From the NCBI GenBank assembly GCA_016784165.1, contig JADHVD010000001.1, forward strand, positions 25,061-89,060: a DNA stretch of 64,000 bases. The letters run 5' to 3'. Below, piece by piece: positions 18,390 through 28,486 of this stretch. Both the position numbers and the translations under genes were made by a program. This DNA is from Candidatus Woesearchaeota archaeon. Its GTDB lineage: Archaea; Nanobdellota; Nanobdellia; Woesearchaeales; BS150m-G63. Under the pieces are notes generated by a model that worked only from the letters and a program-made list of their open reading frames with translations, was not told where the DNA came from and made no database searches. Numbering within the stretch: the stretch's first letter is position 1; each line of letters opens with the position of its first letter.

Positions 18390-19844
18390 ATGTCTGAAAA
18401 AGAGAGTAGTGAAAAGATTGAAATGTTGTTGGGAGAAATAAAAGAGATTCAACAACAAATGAATGAAATTAAATCAGTTAGTACATCGGACCATAAATTA
18501 AGAAGCGAATTAATTAAAAAAGAAGGAGTTATTTCTGAGTTAAATCAAGAATTAGAATCAAGAAGAAAGTTAAATAGTAAATTTGAACTTTTATTTGGTG
18601 TTTTTTCTAGACAACTAACTTATATAAAAAATTTAAGAAATGGACTTAAAAGTAGCAAATGCTTAGGAGATAAATTAGGGGAAAACATTAGGCAAAAAAG
18701 AAAATTAATTTTGGATTTGAAATCAAATCTGGATAAAACTAATAAAGAATGTTCTTTAGTTAAAGGACTATTAAGGGAAGAAGTTATAAAAAATAAGGTA
18801 TCTTTGGGTGATTTGAAAAAATTAGCAGATGCTAAATTTATAAAAGAAAAAGAATATGGTGAGTTGCGAGATCTTTTTAAGAAACAGATGGTAGTTATGG
18901 ATAAGTTGAAAGAACAACTCAGGGGAGAGAAAGGAAGGATAAATGTGTTGGTTAAGGATTCTTTATTAAAAGAAAAAGAGATTGGTGGTAAAAAAAGATT
19001 GATTTTTAAGCTTAAAAAAGAACTTTTTTTAGCAAATAAAGTTTTGCACGAGGGTTTTGAAGGTGATGAATTTTTAAAAGAAATTAGTGAAGAGATTAAT
19101 GTTGAACCTAAATCCATTCTTGATGGTGATGTAGATACTAAAAAAATGTTGTATTTGTTGAAATCATTGAAAAAAGAATTAGTAGAAAAAGAAGAAAAAA
19201 TAATTAGGAGAAACAAAGAATTAAGGTTGGGGGAAAAAGATACCCTTGAATTGGAAAATGAAGCAGAATCATTTAAAAAAAGAGTGGATAGTGTAGAGGC
19301 AGCAAATAAAAATTTGTTGAGGGAAAATTTTGAATTAAGCAATAATGTTGAATTTTTGAAAAGAGCTGTGGATGCCCTAAAAGGAAAAAATGAGCGTCTT
19401 GATTTAGCTTATGGAAAGAATATTGAGAAATTGAAACAAGAATACGAAGAAAAAATCAAAGGGTTGATGAAGGAAAAAGTGGAAGAAGATGTAAGAATTA
19501 GGGTATCAAGTTTAAGAGAAGAACCCCTTGATAAAAAAGAGTCCAAAGAAGCAACCCAAACGGAAGAAAAAACTAAAGACAATTTGATGAAAAAAATAGA
19601 GAAAAACTCCAAACATATCGGAATAACTACTGCAAAAAAAGGTCCAATGAAAAGAATAATTTCCCGTAAAGAAAAATCTTTGTTTGGTGGTACCACCACA
19701 GTTTATGCGCCTAAACATGAAGAATTAGTTCCTTTAATTAAGATTGCTTTAGAACATGGAGAAAGTAAAGAGAAAGTAAAAGAATCTTTAATTAATTCAG
19801 GCCATGAAATTAGTTTGGTGGAGAAAGCTTTATCTAAATTTTAA
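18390..19844 (+). CDS. Long coiled-coil protein with small C-terminal helical domain
   Basis: K/E/L heptad-rich over about 350 aa; no ATPase motifs, no TM segment. Confidence 0.75.
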   Translation: MSEKESSEKIEMLLGEIKEIQQQMNEIKSVSTSDHKLRSELIKKEGVISELNQELESRRKLNSKFELLFGVFSRQLTYIKNLRNGLKSSKCLGDKLGENIRQKRKLILDLKSNLDKTNKECSLVKGLLREEVIKNKVSLGDLKKLADAKFIKEKEYGELRDLFKKQMVVMDKLKEQLRGEKGRINVLVKDSLLKEKEIGGKKRLIFKLKKELFLANKVLHEGFEGDEFLKEISEEINVEPKSILDGDVDTKKMLYLLKSLKKELVEKEEKIIRRNKELRLGEKDTLELENEAESFKKRVDSVEAANKNLLRENFELSNNVEFLKRAVDALKGKNERLDLAYGKNIEKLKQEYEEKIKGLMKEKVEEDVRIRVSSLREEPLDKKESKEATQTEEKTKDNLMKKIEKNSKHIGITTAKKGPMKRIISRKEKSLFGGTTTVYAPKHEELVPLIKIALEHGESKEKVKESLINSGHEISLVEKALSKF

Positions 19845-19891
19845 TTGAAAAAAAAGTAAAAAAGAACTAAAAATAAAAAATAAAAAAATAA

Positions 19892-20836
19892 TCAACCTTC
19901 TGCATGTTTAACCAATACATTGGTTGATATTTCTTGTTCATAATCGTAATCCAAGGTTATTTCGATTACTTTTTCAAAGTCTCCAGACGATCCAGCTACA
20001 TTTTGTGTACAAGTTATTGCTCGTTTTCCATCATATAAAGTTATATAACCAGATGTAGCAGTTCCTTCTGTTAAACCAGTACATTCTAATCCGTCCATGC
20101 CAGTATCTATTGAGACATACACTTTATCTTTATTAGTAAGCGTATCTTCACAAGTGGTGTATTTTTCAAAAAGTTTTCCAGTACCTTTGTGCCAAACATC
20201 AAAAGTAAAAGCGATTTTATCATTTGCTCTTGCTGTTTCTTTAAAATTAGCTATTTGTACGGGTGCACCAGAATTAAAAACAGTTTTAGTTTCTTTAATT
20301 TCACAAACACCTTTATTATCACTTAAGGGATTTTCCTTTATACAAATCTTTGTGTCTGCTTTAGTTGCATATTTATAACAAAGTTTTGCTAAGAAAGGAA
20401 AATTCATATTTCCACTTAAGTAGTCTCCATAACTAAAATCTCCTGTTGAGGGGAATGTTAGATGAATAATTCCACCTTCAGTTATTCCACCTTCAGCATT
20501 TTTTTGAGAACCGAGTAAATCTTCTGTTGTAGATTGAATTAGGTCTGTTGTTGTCGTACCAAAATCAGATGCATATATTCCACTTACTTTTACTGAAGCA
20601 TCTCCTGAAACAACATCTGTTTCACCTATATTTTCTATTTTAAGGACTGCAGTAAAAGGGAACACGCCGCCATCATAAACCTCTTTAGGTGGTGCACCTT
20701 CAATAAATTCAATTGTTAATCCAGTAGTACCCCCTATGAATGGGTCTGCTCTCCCAGGTCCTGTTTCTTGATTACAACCAGCAGTAAAAACTATTAAGGT
20801 TGCTAGAAAAAGCATTCCAAGATATTTTATTTCCAT
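19892..20836 (-). CDS. Putative surface lipoprotein (paralog 1)
   Basis: Signal peptide ending FTAGC; shared CY.Y.T, IC, GAPV.I and L.Y.Y motifs; GGAGG SD. Confidence 0.75.
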   Translation of the reverse strand: MEIKYLGMLFLATLIVFTAGCNQETGPGRADPFIGGTTGLTIEFIEGAPPKEVYDGGVFPFTAVLKIENIGETDVVSGDASVKVSGIYASDFGTTTTDLIQSTTEDLLGSQKNAEGGITEGGIIHLTFPSTGDFSYGDYLSGNMNFPFLAKLCYKYATKADTKICIKENPLSDNKGVCEIKETKTVFNSGAPVQIANFKETARANDKIAFTFDVWHKGTGKLFEKYTTCEDTLTNKDKVYVSIDTGMDGLECTGLTEGTATSGYITLYDGKRAITCTQNVAGSSGDFEKVIEITLDYDYEQEISTNVLVKHAEG

Positions 20837-20936
20837 TATGATTCCTCCTTTATTATTAATTTTATTATTAGTGATTATGGGTGATACTAAATAGAGGGAT
20901 TTATTTAAACTTTTCTATTGTAATTATAGTAAATAT

Positions 20937-21821
20937 TCAAATTTCACTTCTTACTTCTAAAGAAGTTCTTGTAGAACTCTTGTAACCATAATCTAAAGTC
21001 ATAGTTAAAGGGGATTTAAATGCTGCTTGATTAGCGTCTAAATCTGTTGTGCTACAATAGATTTTAGCACTCCCATCTATCAATTTTATCATTCCATTAG
21101 GTTCACAATTAAGAGAAATTCCAGAAATTTGTGGGGTATCATACCTAACATTCCCTAATTCTTCATATCTATATCCAAATGGGCAAGCGTCTCCATCTAT
21201 AACTACTCCATTTCCTGCATTGTTTATTGTTAAAATTAATCTTAATTTTTCATATCCTGGTTCTACTTGAACAGAAGTTATTGCAACTGGAGCTCCTTGT
21301 CCACCACCACCACCAACATCATTTGCTTGGCAAGCATCATGGGTATTGATTCTTGGATTGGGATCTACACAAATAGGTATTGTTGCAGTTGTTTGATAAT
21401 CATAACAAGCGATAGCTTCTATTTGGGTATTATATCTATCCACTCCTTCTGGAAGTGTTATATCAACAAGTTCTTCTTGTACAATTGCTTTGCTCCCTTC
21501 ATGATTATATTCATTTTTTCCATCAACATTAAATTGAAGAGGATTTTCTCCAAATATTGGAATAATACTCGTATCAAATCCAGTTAAATATATTTCTCCA
21601 TATTCTACATCATATGCACCACGATTAGAGATTTCCACAATAACATCCATCACATCCCCACTATAAACAGTATTTGGTGGCATGTGTGGTAAAAATCTGA
21701 GGGTAAGTGCTTGCGTCCCTTTGTGGTATTCAATATCATATTTTTTGGTTTTTCCACTACTACAACCAAAACCAAAAGAAATTAAGAGTAATAATATAAT
21801 CAATATTGCTTCTTTTTTCAT
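20937..21821 (-). CDS. Putative surface lipoprotein (paralog 2)
   Basis: Signal peptide ending FGFGC; CYDYQT, ICVD, GQGAPVAI, LDYGY. Confidence 0.75.
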   Translation of the reverse strand: MKKEAILIILLLLISFGFGCSSGKTKKYDIEYHKGTQALTLRFLPHMPPNTVYSGDVMDVIVEISNRGAYDVEYGEIYLTGFDTSIIPIFGENPLQFNVDGKNEYNHEGSKAIVQEELVDITLPEGVDRYNTQIEAIACYDYQTTATIPICVDPNPRINTHDACQANDVGGGGGQGAPVAITSVQVEPGYEKLRLILTINNAGNGVVIDGDACPFGYRYEELGNVRYDTPQISGISLNCEPNGMIKLIDGSAKIYCSTTDLDANQAAFKSPLTMTLDYGYKSSTRTSLEVRSEI

Positions 21822-21869
21822 TATGTTGTTTATTTATGCTTTAATTATTTAAAGTTTTCTAAAAAACCT

Positions 21870-22823
21870 TTAATCTAATTGTTTTTTAATGGTTATATCT
21901 TTAGATATTGTGGTGGTATATCCATAATCCATCTTGATATGTAAGGGGGTTAAGTATGTTCCTTCTTTTTGATTTAACCTTTCTGTGAAACTACAGATCA
22001 TTTTTCTTTTTTTGTTTTTTAATTTTATAGGGTTTTCTGGTTTACAATCTAGTTTTATTGGTTCTCCGTACATAAATAGTTCTGCAGAGAAAGATAGGTG
22101 ATTTAAGTCGCTTTCTTCAAGAGGATCAGAAGAACAAAAAGACTCTAAATTGTTTTTGTTTATAACATTCCCTCTTCCTTTGTTTTCTATGTGGATTGTA
22201 AATTGAGGTTCTATTGTATTTTCTTGAGTGTGGTGAAACATCCTTGTTTCTATCTTTGTTATTGTAACTGGCGCCCCTTGTCCAGAACCAAGATTTAATT
22301 CTTCAGGACTACAAATTTTGTCTTTTTGTAAACCATATACATCAGAATCGATACAAATATCTTCTGAAAAGTCTGTTTGATATTCATAACAAGAAGTGAT
22401 ATATGTGTGTGTTTTATGGATTGTGCTTTCTGGATCAGGTATTTTTTTTGCTTTTAATTGGTATGTTATAATGTCTTGATTGCCTTTTGGGAATTCTTTT
22501 GATTTTCCTTCTATATCAAAATCCTGTTTACTTATTTCTTGTATTTCTAGATAATCTTCTTCTGTAGCAATTTTTATTAGACCATATTCAACATTATTAG
22601 CGCCTTTATTTTCTAATAAGAGGTTTAAAGAAAATATATTTTCTTCATAGACTTCTTTTAAAGGAGATCTTTCCATAAATTTTATTGAAATCGCATTAAA
22701 ACCTTTTTTGTAGTCTGTATCTGTAACTATTGTTTTTTGATTTCCACCACTAAATTGACATCCATTAATTATTAAAAAAATAAAGGTCAAGGCTAATATT
22801 GCGTTTATTTTTTTCATTTTCAT
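21870..22823 (-). CDS. Putative surface lipoprotein (paralog 3)
   Basis: Signal peptide ending IINGC; CYEYQT, ICID, GQGAPVTI, MDYGY. Confidence 0.75.
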   Translation of the reverse strand: MKMKKINAILALTFIFLIINGCQFSGGNQKTIVTDTDYKKGFNAISIKFMERSPLKEVYEENIFSLNLLLENKGANNVEYGLIKIATEEDYLEIQEISKQDFDIEGKSKEFPKGNQDIITYQLKAKKIPDPESTIHKTHTYITSCYEYQTDFSEDICIDSDVYGLQKDKICSPEELNLGSGQGAPVTITKIETRMFHHTQENTIEPQFTIHIENKGRGNVINKNNLESFCSSDPLEESDLNHLSFSAELFMYGEPIKLDCKPENPIKLKNKKRKMICSFTERLNQKEGTYLTPLHIKMDYGYTTTISKDITIKKQLD

Positions 22824-24916
22824 TTTTTTATGCTTATTGTTTTTGATGTTTCTGATTCAAATAAATAATCTGTAGAGACCCTAAAATATTTTGTGGAGAG
22901 TGGAACATCCCCTAAAAGTGAATTAGAATCAGTTAATTTAGTTCTACAATTAAAACTTCTATATTCTTTGATTTCCCCAATCTGTTCAATTTCTTTTAAT
23001 TTAAATGTATTATCTCCCATGTCTTCAAATGAATAATCACAATTTTCTGAGTTTAAGTATAATCCTTGTGGTAGACTTATTTCTATATTTGTAATTTCTT
23101 TTATTTCTCCTTCCCAAGTGTTTTCTACAGTAAAGCCTACTTTGGGATTCATTTCATCTGAAACACCTATTGGTTGGGATGTCGTATCAATTCCTAGTTT
23201 AATTGGGCCATTAGTGTAAATAGGAATGGGTATTTTTTCAGTTATACCATACTCTCTGAAATGATCTATATCTGCTCTTCTCATAATTTTCTTTCTTTCT
23301 TCATCCATAAAATAAGTTTTTAAATAAGCAGATGTTTTAAAATTGTAATTTGCAAAGAAATTTATTTTTTTAGATCCGGTTTTATTGAACCCTTTTTTAA
23401 AAGTGCAATCTATGTCTTGTTCATCATTACCAATTATTGTAAACTCACTTATAGACATCTCTCCTTCACCATTAGATGAATTACAGCTTAATCGGATGTT
23501 TATTGGATTTTTTGATGCAGTTCTTACCTTTAATATACCCCACAATTCAACAGATTCATTTACGGTTATGAGGGGATCAGATAGTTCTATATCTTCAATG
23601 AATATACCTAATTGTTCTTCTTGTTCTTCTTGTCCAGAGTAATGATAGTCTTCTCCTGTCGCATGTTTCACTTGACTCGCAAACCCTTCTTTTATGAGGT
23701 CAGGAATACCCAGAATTAAATTTATTATATCCATTATTGCATTTTTGAAAAGTTGCCAAACATTTCCAAGGGCACCAAAAAAGTCAGTATCTACTGTATT
23801 TTGTAATGCAGGTATGTTTTGAAGAGTTCCTGCTTCTACTGCAGCATAAACATTCATTATGGCAATAATTAACCAAACAAAAATAATTATTTTTTGTATA
23901 CTGTGTAATAAAGGAGTCTTAACTTCTAAAAATACAAACCAAATTAAATAAATTGGCCATACAGCGAGAATTATATTAATCATATTTTCATCTAAGAAAG
24001 GAGAAATATACTTTGTTAAAATTAAGGGCATAAAAAAAGCAAGTGTTGCAAGAACCATTGATTTTATTAAAGCAGCCCAACTTTCTCTAGAAACAAAACT
24101 TTGACTAGTATCTCTAAATACAACTAACCAACCAATTATCCCTAAAGCAAAATAGATACCAAGTCTTAATTGAACTAAACTATAATTGGAAAGGCTATCT
24201 ATAATATGAAAAAACATAGCCATAAAGAAGAATAAGTTAGTTAATCCGCCTTCTTTTACGTGTTTAACCCCTGCTCCAACTCCTGTTGCAATACCCCTTC
24301 CTGCAAAAGCACCAACCGCAGCTCCTGCCGCAACAACCGGCGCAGCTCTTTTTGCCGCATTTATAGTTTTATCTTTTGCTTTTCCTGCTAAATCTCTTGC
24401 TTTTTCAGCTGTACTTTTTTTTATTTCTTCTATTTCTTCATCGGTTTTTTCTTTTTTTTCTTCAGCATCTTGTGCTTCTTCTGCAGTTTTTTCTGCAGTT
24501 TCTGCAGCATCTTCCCTATTTTCAGCAGCATCTTCTTTTGTTTTAGATACCTCTTTTTCTGATTTGCTTTCATCTTCAGCAGTTTCTTTTGAAGTATCTG
24601 CAGTTTCTTTTGAAGTATCTGCAGCATTTATTTTTTCAGATTCTATATTTTCTTCTTCTTTTCCAAATCGTTTGGCAACATTTTCACGCATAGAATTTAG
24701 GGTGGGTTTTGCTTTTTCTACCGCCTTATTTGTAAATGTTTTTACTTTTGATGTAGCTTTACTTTGGGAAGCAGCGTTTGCTATACTTTTTGCCTTTTGA
24801 CCTATGTTTTTAGCAGTATTTTTTAAACCACTTCCTTTCCCTTTTAGGTTACTAAATGCACCTTTAAGATTTCCACCAAGACCAGCTAGTTTATCTCCAA
24901 TACCCATTTTAATCAA
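22820..24916 (-). CDS. Multi-pass membrane protein with charged helical N-terminus and a C-terminal domain related to the adjacent lipoproteins
   Basis: K/E/A-rich N-terminal region, Gly/Ala zipper, about 5 TM helices, beta-rich C-terminal domain. Confidence 0.75.
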   Translation of the reverse strand: MIKMGIGDKLAGLGGNLKGAFSNLKGKGSGLKNTAKNIGQKAKSIANAASQSKATSKVKTFTNKAVEKAKPTLNSMRENVAKRFGKEEENIESEKINAADTSKETADTSKETAEDESKSEKEVSKTKEDAAENREDAAETAEKTAEEAQDAEEKKEKTDEEIEEIKKSTAEKARDLAGKAKDKTINAAKRAAPVVAAGAAVGAFAGRGIATGVGAGVKHVKEGGLTNLFFFMAMFFHIIDSLSNYSLVQLRLGIYFALGIIGWLVVFRDTSQSFVSRESWAALIKSMVLATLAFFMPLILTKYISPFLDENMINIILAVWPIYLIWFVFLEVKTPLLHSIQKIIIFVWLIIAIMNVYAAVEAGTLQNIPALQNTVDTDFFGALGNVWQLFKNAIMDIINLILGIPDLIKEGFASQVKHATGEDYHYSGQEEQEEQLGIFIEDIELSDPLITVNESVELWGILKVRTASKNPINIRLSCNSSNGEGEMSISEFTIIGNDEQDIDCTFKKGFNKTGSKKINFFANYNFKTSAYLKTYFMDEERKKIMRRADIDHFREYGITEKIPIPIYTNGPIKLGIDTTSQPIGVSDEMNPKVGFTVENTWEGEIKEITNIEISLPQGLYLNSENCDYSFEDMGDNTFKLKEIEQIGEIKEYRSFNCRTKLTDSNSLLGDVPLSTKYFRVSTDYLFESETSKTISIKK
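24579..24624. repeat. 21-bp in-frame tandem repeat (ADTSKET x2)
   Basis: GCAGTTTCTTTTGAAGTATCT occurs twice in direct succession. Confidence 0.9.
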
Positions 24917-24920
24917 AGAA

Positions 24921-26114
24921 TTATTCTAATTTAACCATTAACCCCACTATGTTAAGTGTTGTTTTAGGTTTTATTTCAACATAATTATTTCCTTGTTCTA
25001 TCCAACTGTTAATATTTTTACTGAATTCTTCTTCTGTTTGATCTATTTCTGTTAAATGTCCATTTACATTTATTGTTGCTTTTTTGTTTTCATCATTTTC
25101 TACAAAAGAAAGGGTTAACAATACATCTTTTTCATTATTTGTTACTTCTTCATATTGGGATTCATTTACTTCAAAATAATAAAGTGCAGATTTAGTTTCT
25201 TTTAAGTAATCTACAACTTTTATTTGTTCAATACTATAACTCCCTTTAGACGTCGTAAATTTTATTTTATTTTGTCCACTATTTAAGATTGCAGGTGAAA
25301 AACTTTGTTGATAAGAATCATCACAAATAGGAATTGCTGAAAATATATTCCGATTATTTATTTGAATTGTTAGTTTTCCGACTTGGCTAATATCACTACA
25401 ATAAGGAACAAATTTTAAAACAGATTCTTCTAAATTAAGGTACTCTGTATTTGTTAAAGTAAATACATTTTGACCTTCTTGCCCACTAATATCTGTAACA
25501 TCCCCAATAATTTGCATATTTTTGAATTGATATTCATTAGTTTTCCAAAATGCTAAACCTACACCATCGAGCTCAAATCTGAGAGTATTGTCTTCTTTTA
25601 AGAGGGTCTTTTTAAATGTTATTGGACCAGGGGTTAAGCTTTCAAATTCTCCTTCATAAATCAATTCATTGTTTAAATAAATATAGAGAATGCCTTTTGT
25701 TTTTGTAGCTGCGATAGATAGAATTACATTTTCTGTGTTTTCTAATTCATTTATTTTAAAATTAAGAGTTTTGAATTTTTCATCAAACCACCCTTTTCTG
25801 ATTATAAATGGATTTATAGCATCTAATACTTCTGCATTTGTTGTTTCAAAAAGATAAATATTTCCTATATTATGCAATTCGGTTGTACTTGGAAAATATG
25901 TGAGAGTACCAATGTTTTCTGAGAGCAGAATATTTTTTTGTTCTTCTGCTTCTTGTGACTCATCATTAGAGGTAGTATTATCCCCTAATAATTCCTCCCT
26001 TGTTTCTGGTGGTAAGAATAGAATATATAAAATGATTATTAGTGTAATGATAGTAATTAATGTTGCTGCACCACTTCCAGTGGTTTGGGCTTTTTTTCTT
26101 GACATAAGGTTCAC
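24921..26114 (-). CDS. Class III signal peptide (pilin-like) surface protein with three beta-sandwich repeats
   Basis: RKKAQ followed by a hydrophobic helix; three repeats of I..N(N/G)...(L/I)..(G/D).N.(L/I/V).(F/I). Confidence 0.65.
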   Translation of the reverse strand: MNLMSRKKAQTTGSGAATLITIITLIIILYILFLPPETREELLGDNTTSNDESQEAEEQKNILLSENIGTLTYFPSTTELHNIGNIYLFETTNAEVLDAINPFIIRKGWFDEKFKTLNFKINELENTENVILSIAATKTKGILYIYLNNELIYEGEFESLTPGPITFKKTLLKEDNTLRFELDGVGLAFWKTNEYQFKNMQIIGDVTDISGQEGQNVFTLTNTEYLNLEESVLKFVPYCSDISQVGKLTIQINNRNIFSAIPICDDSYQQSFSPAILNSGQNKIKFTTSKGSYSIEQIKVVDYLKETKSALYYFEVNESQYEEVTNNEKDVLLTLSFVENDENKKATINVNGHLTEIDQTEEEFSKNINSWIEQGNNYVEIKPKTTLNIVGLMVKLE

Positions 26115-26177
26115 CTTTTTTATCTATTGAATTAACAACAAGTATTTATATATATAAATGTTTTCCTATTTTTGAGA

Positions 26178-27236
26178 ATGAAACTGATTTATAAGAATTT
26201 AAAGAAAGGAGAAATTAAGTTTAAAGTAGAAAATAATGATGATTTATGGTATTTAAGTCATATTATTGAAAAGGGGGATATTGTTAAAGGAAAAACCACT
26301 AGAAAAATAGACTATGGGAAAGGAGAAAAAGTTAGGGCAGAGAAAAAATTAATTTTTTTAGTAGTTAGTGTAGAAACAGTGGAGTTTCATAAACATTCTA
26401 ATATTTTAAGAGTTTTAGGTAAGGTTGTCGAAGGCCCAGAGGAAGTTGGAAATGGAAGTTACCATACATTTGAACTTGATGAAGGAGTAATATTATCTTT
26501 AGTTAAACAAAAGTGGTTAAAATATCAGATTAATTGGTTAGATGAAGCAATTAAATCTAAGGTTGCTAAGATTTTAATTTGTGTACTTGATCGTGAAAAT
26601 GCTTATTTTGCTTTATCTAAAAAATATGGCTATGAATTATTATCTTCTCTTGAAGGCGAAGTACAGAAAAAAGAAGAGCGAGCAAAAACTGGTGGGCAAT
26701 TTTATGTCAGTGTTATTGGTGTATTGAAAGAATATCTTAAAAGGCACAAATTTGAAAATATTGTTGTTGCGAGTCCTGCCTTTTTTAAAGAAGATTTAAT
26801 TAAATTAATTAAAGACGAAAATTTAAAGAAGAAAATAGTTTTAGCAAGTTGTTCAAATGTTGGTGAAAATGGGATTAATGAGGTACTGAAAAGACCGGAA
26901 GTAGAACAAGTTTTGAAACAAGATAGGATTGCTAAAGAAATTAAAATGGTTGAAACAGTTTTAAGTGAGATTTCTAAAGATGGATTATTCTCTTATGGGG
27001 TAAAGGAAGTTGAAAATGCATTAAATGCTGGAGCAATTAAAATTTTATTGATATGCGATCAATTTATACAAGAAAAAAGAAGGGAAGGAGGTTTTGAAAA
27101 AATAGACAAGATTATGAAAACTGTTGAAGATATGAAAGGGGAAATTCACATAATTGGGAGCGAACACGAAGGTGGGAAAAAACTATCTGGGTTAGGGGGA
27201 ATTGCAGCTATTTTAAGATATAAATTAAATTATTAG
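26178..27236 (+). CDS. pelA: Pelota / aDom34 ribosome rescue factor
   Basis: DDLWYL, G.T.R, LRV.G, YHT, HEGG..L.GLGGIAAILRY. Confidence 0.95.
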   Translation: MKLIYKNLKKGEIKFKVENNDDLWYLSHIIEKGDIVKGKTTRKIDYGKGEKVRAEKKLIFLVVSVETVEFHKHSNILRVLGKVVEGPEEVGNGSYHTFELDEGVILSLVKQKWLKYQINWLDEAIKSKVAKILICVLDRENAYFALSKKYGYELLSSLEGEVQKKEERAKTGGQFYVSVIGVLKEYLKRHKFENIVVASPAFFKEDLIKLIKDENLKKKIVLASCSNVGENGINEVLKRPEVEQVLKQDRIAKEIKMVETVLSEISKDGLFSYGVKEVENALNAGAIKILLICDQFIQEKRREGGFEKIDKIMKTVEDMKGEIHIIGSEHEGGKKLSGLGGIAAILRYKLNY

Positions 27237-27275
27237 ATTATTGTTTAATTGATTCTATTTTATTCATCATCACCG

Positions 27276-28394
<1,119 letters not shown>

Positions 28395-28486
28395 TTTACC
28401 TCTTTTTATTTTTTATTTTGATTATTTAATTGTAGTTAGAAAGCTTTAAATAATTTGTCTTTTATGTTTGTAGTGGTGGTTTAAGA

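Noticed and set aside
18620-19342. 240-aa antisense ORF and the many other F/L/S-rich antisense ORFs in the track
   Set aside because: Shadows of K/E-rich genes on the opposite strand; no motifs.
18390-19844. SMC/Rad50 assignment for the coiled-coil protein
   Set aside because: No Walker A/B, signature, hinge or zinc-hook motif.
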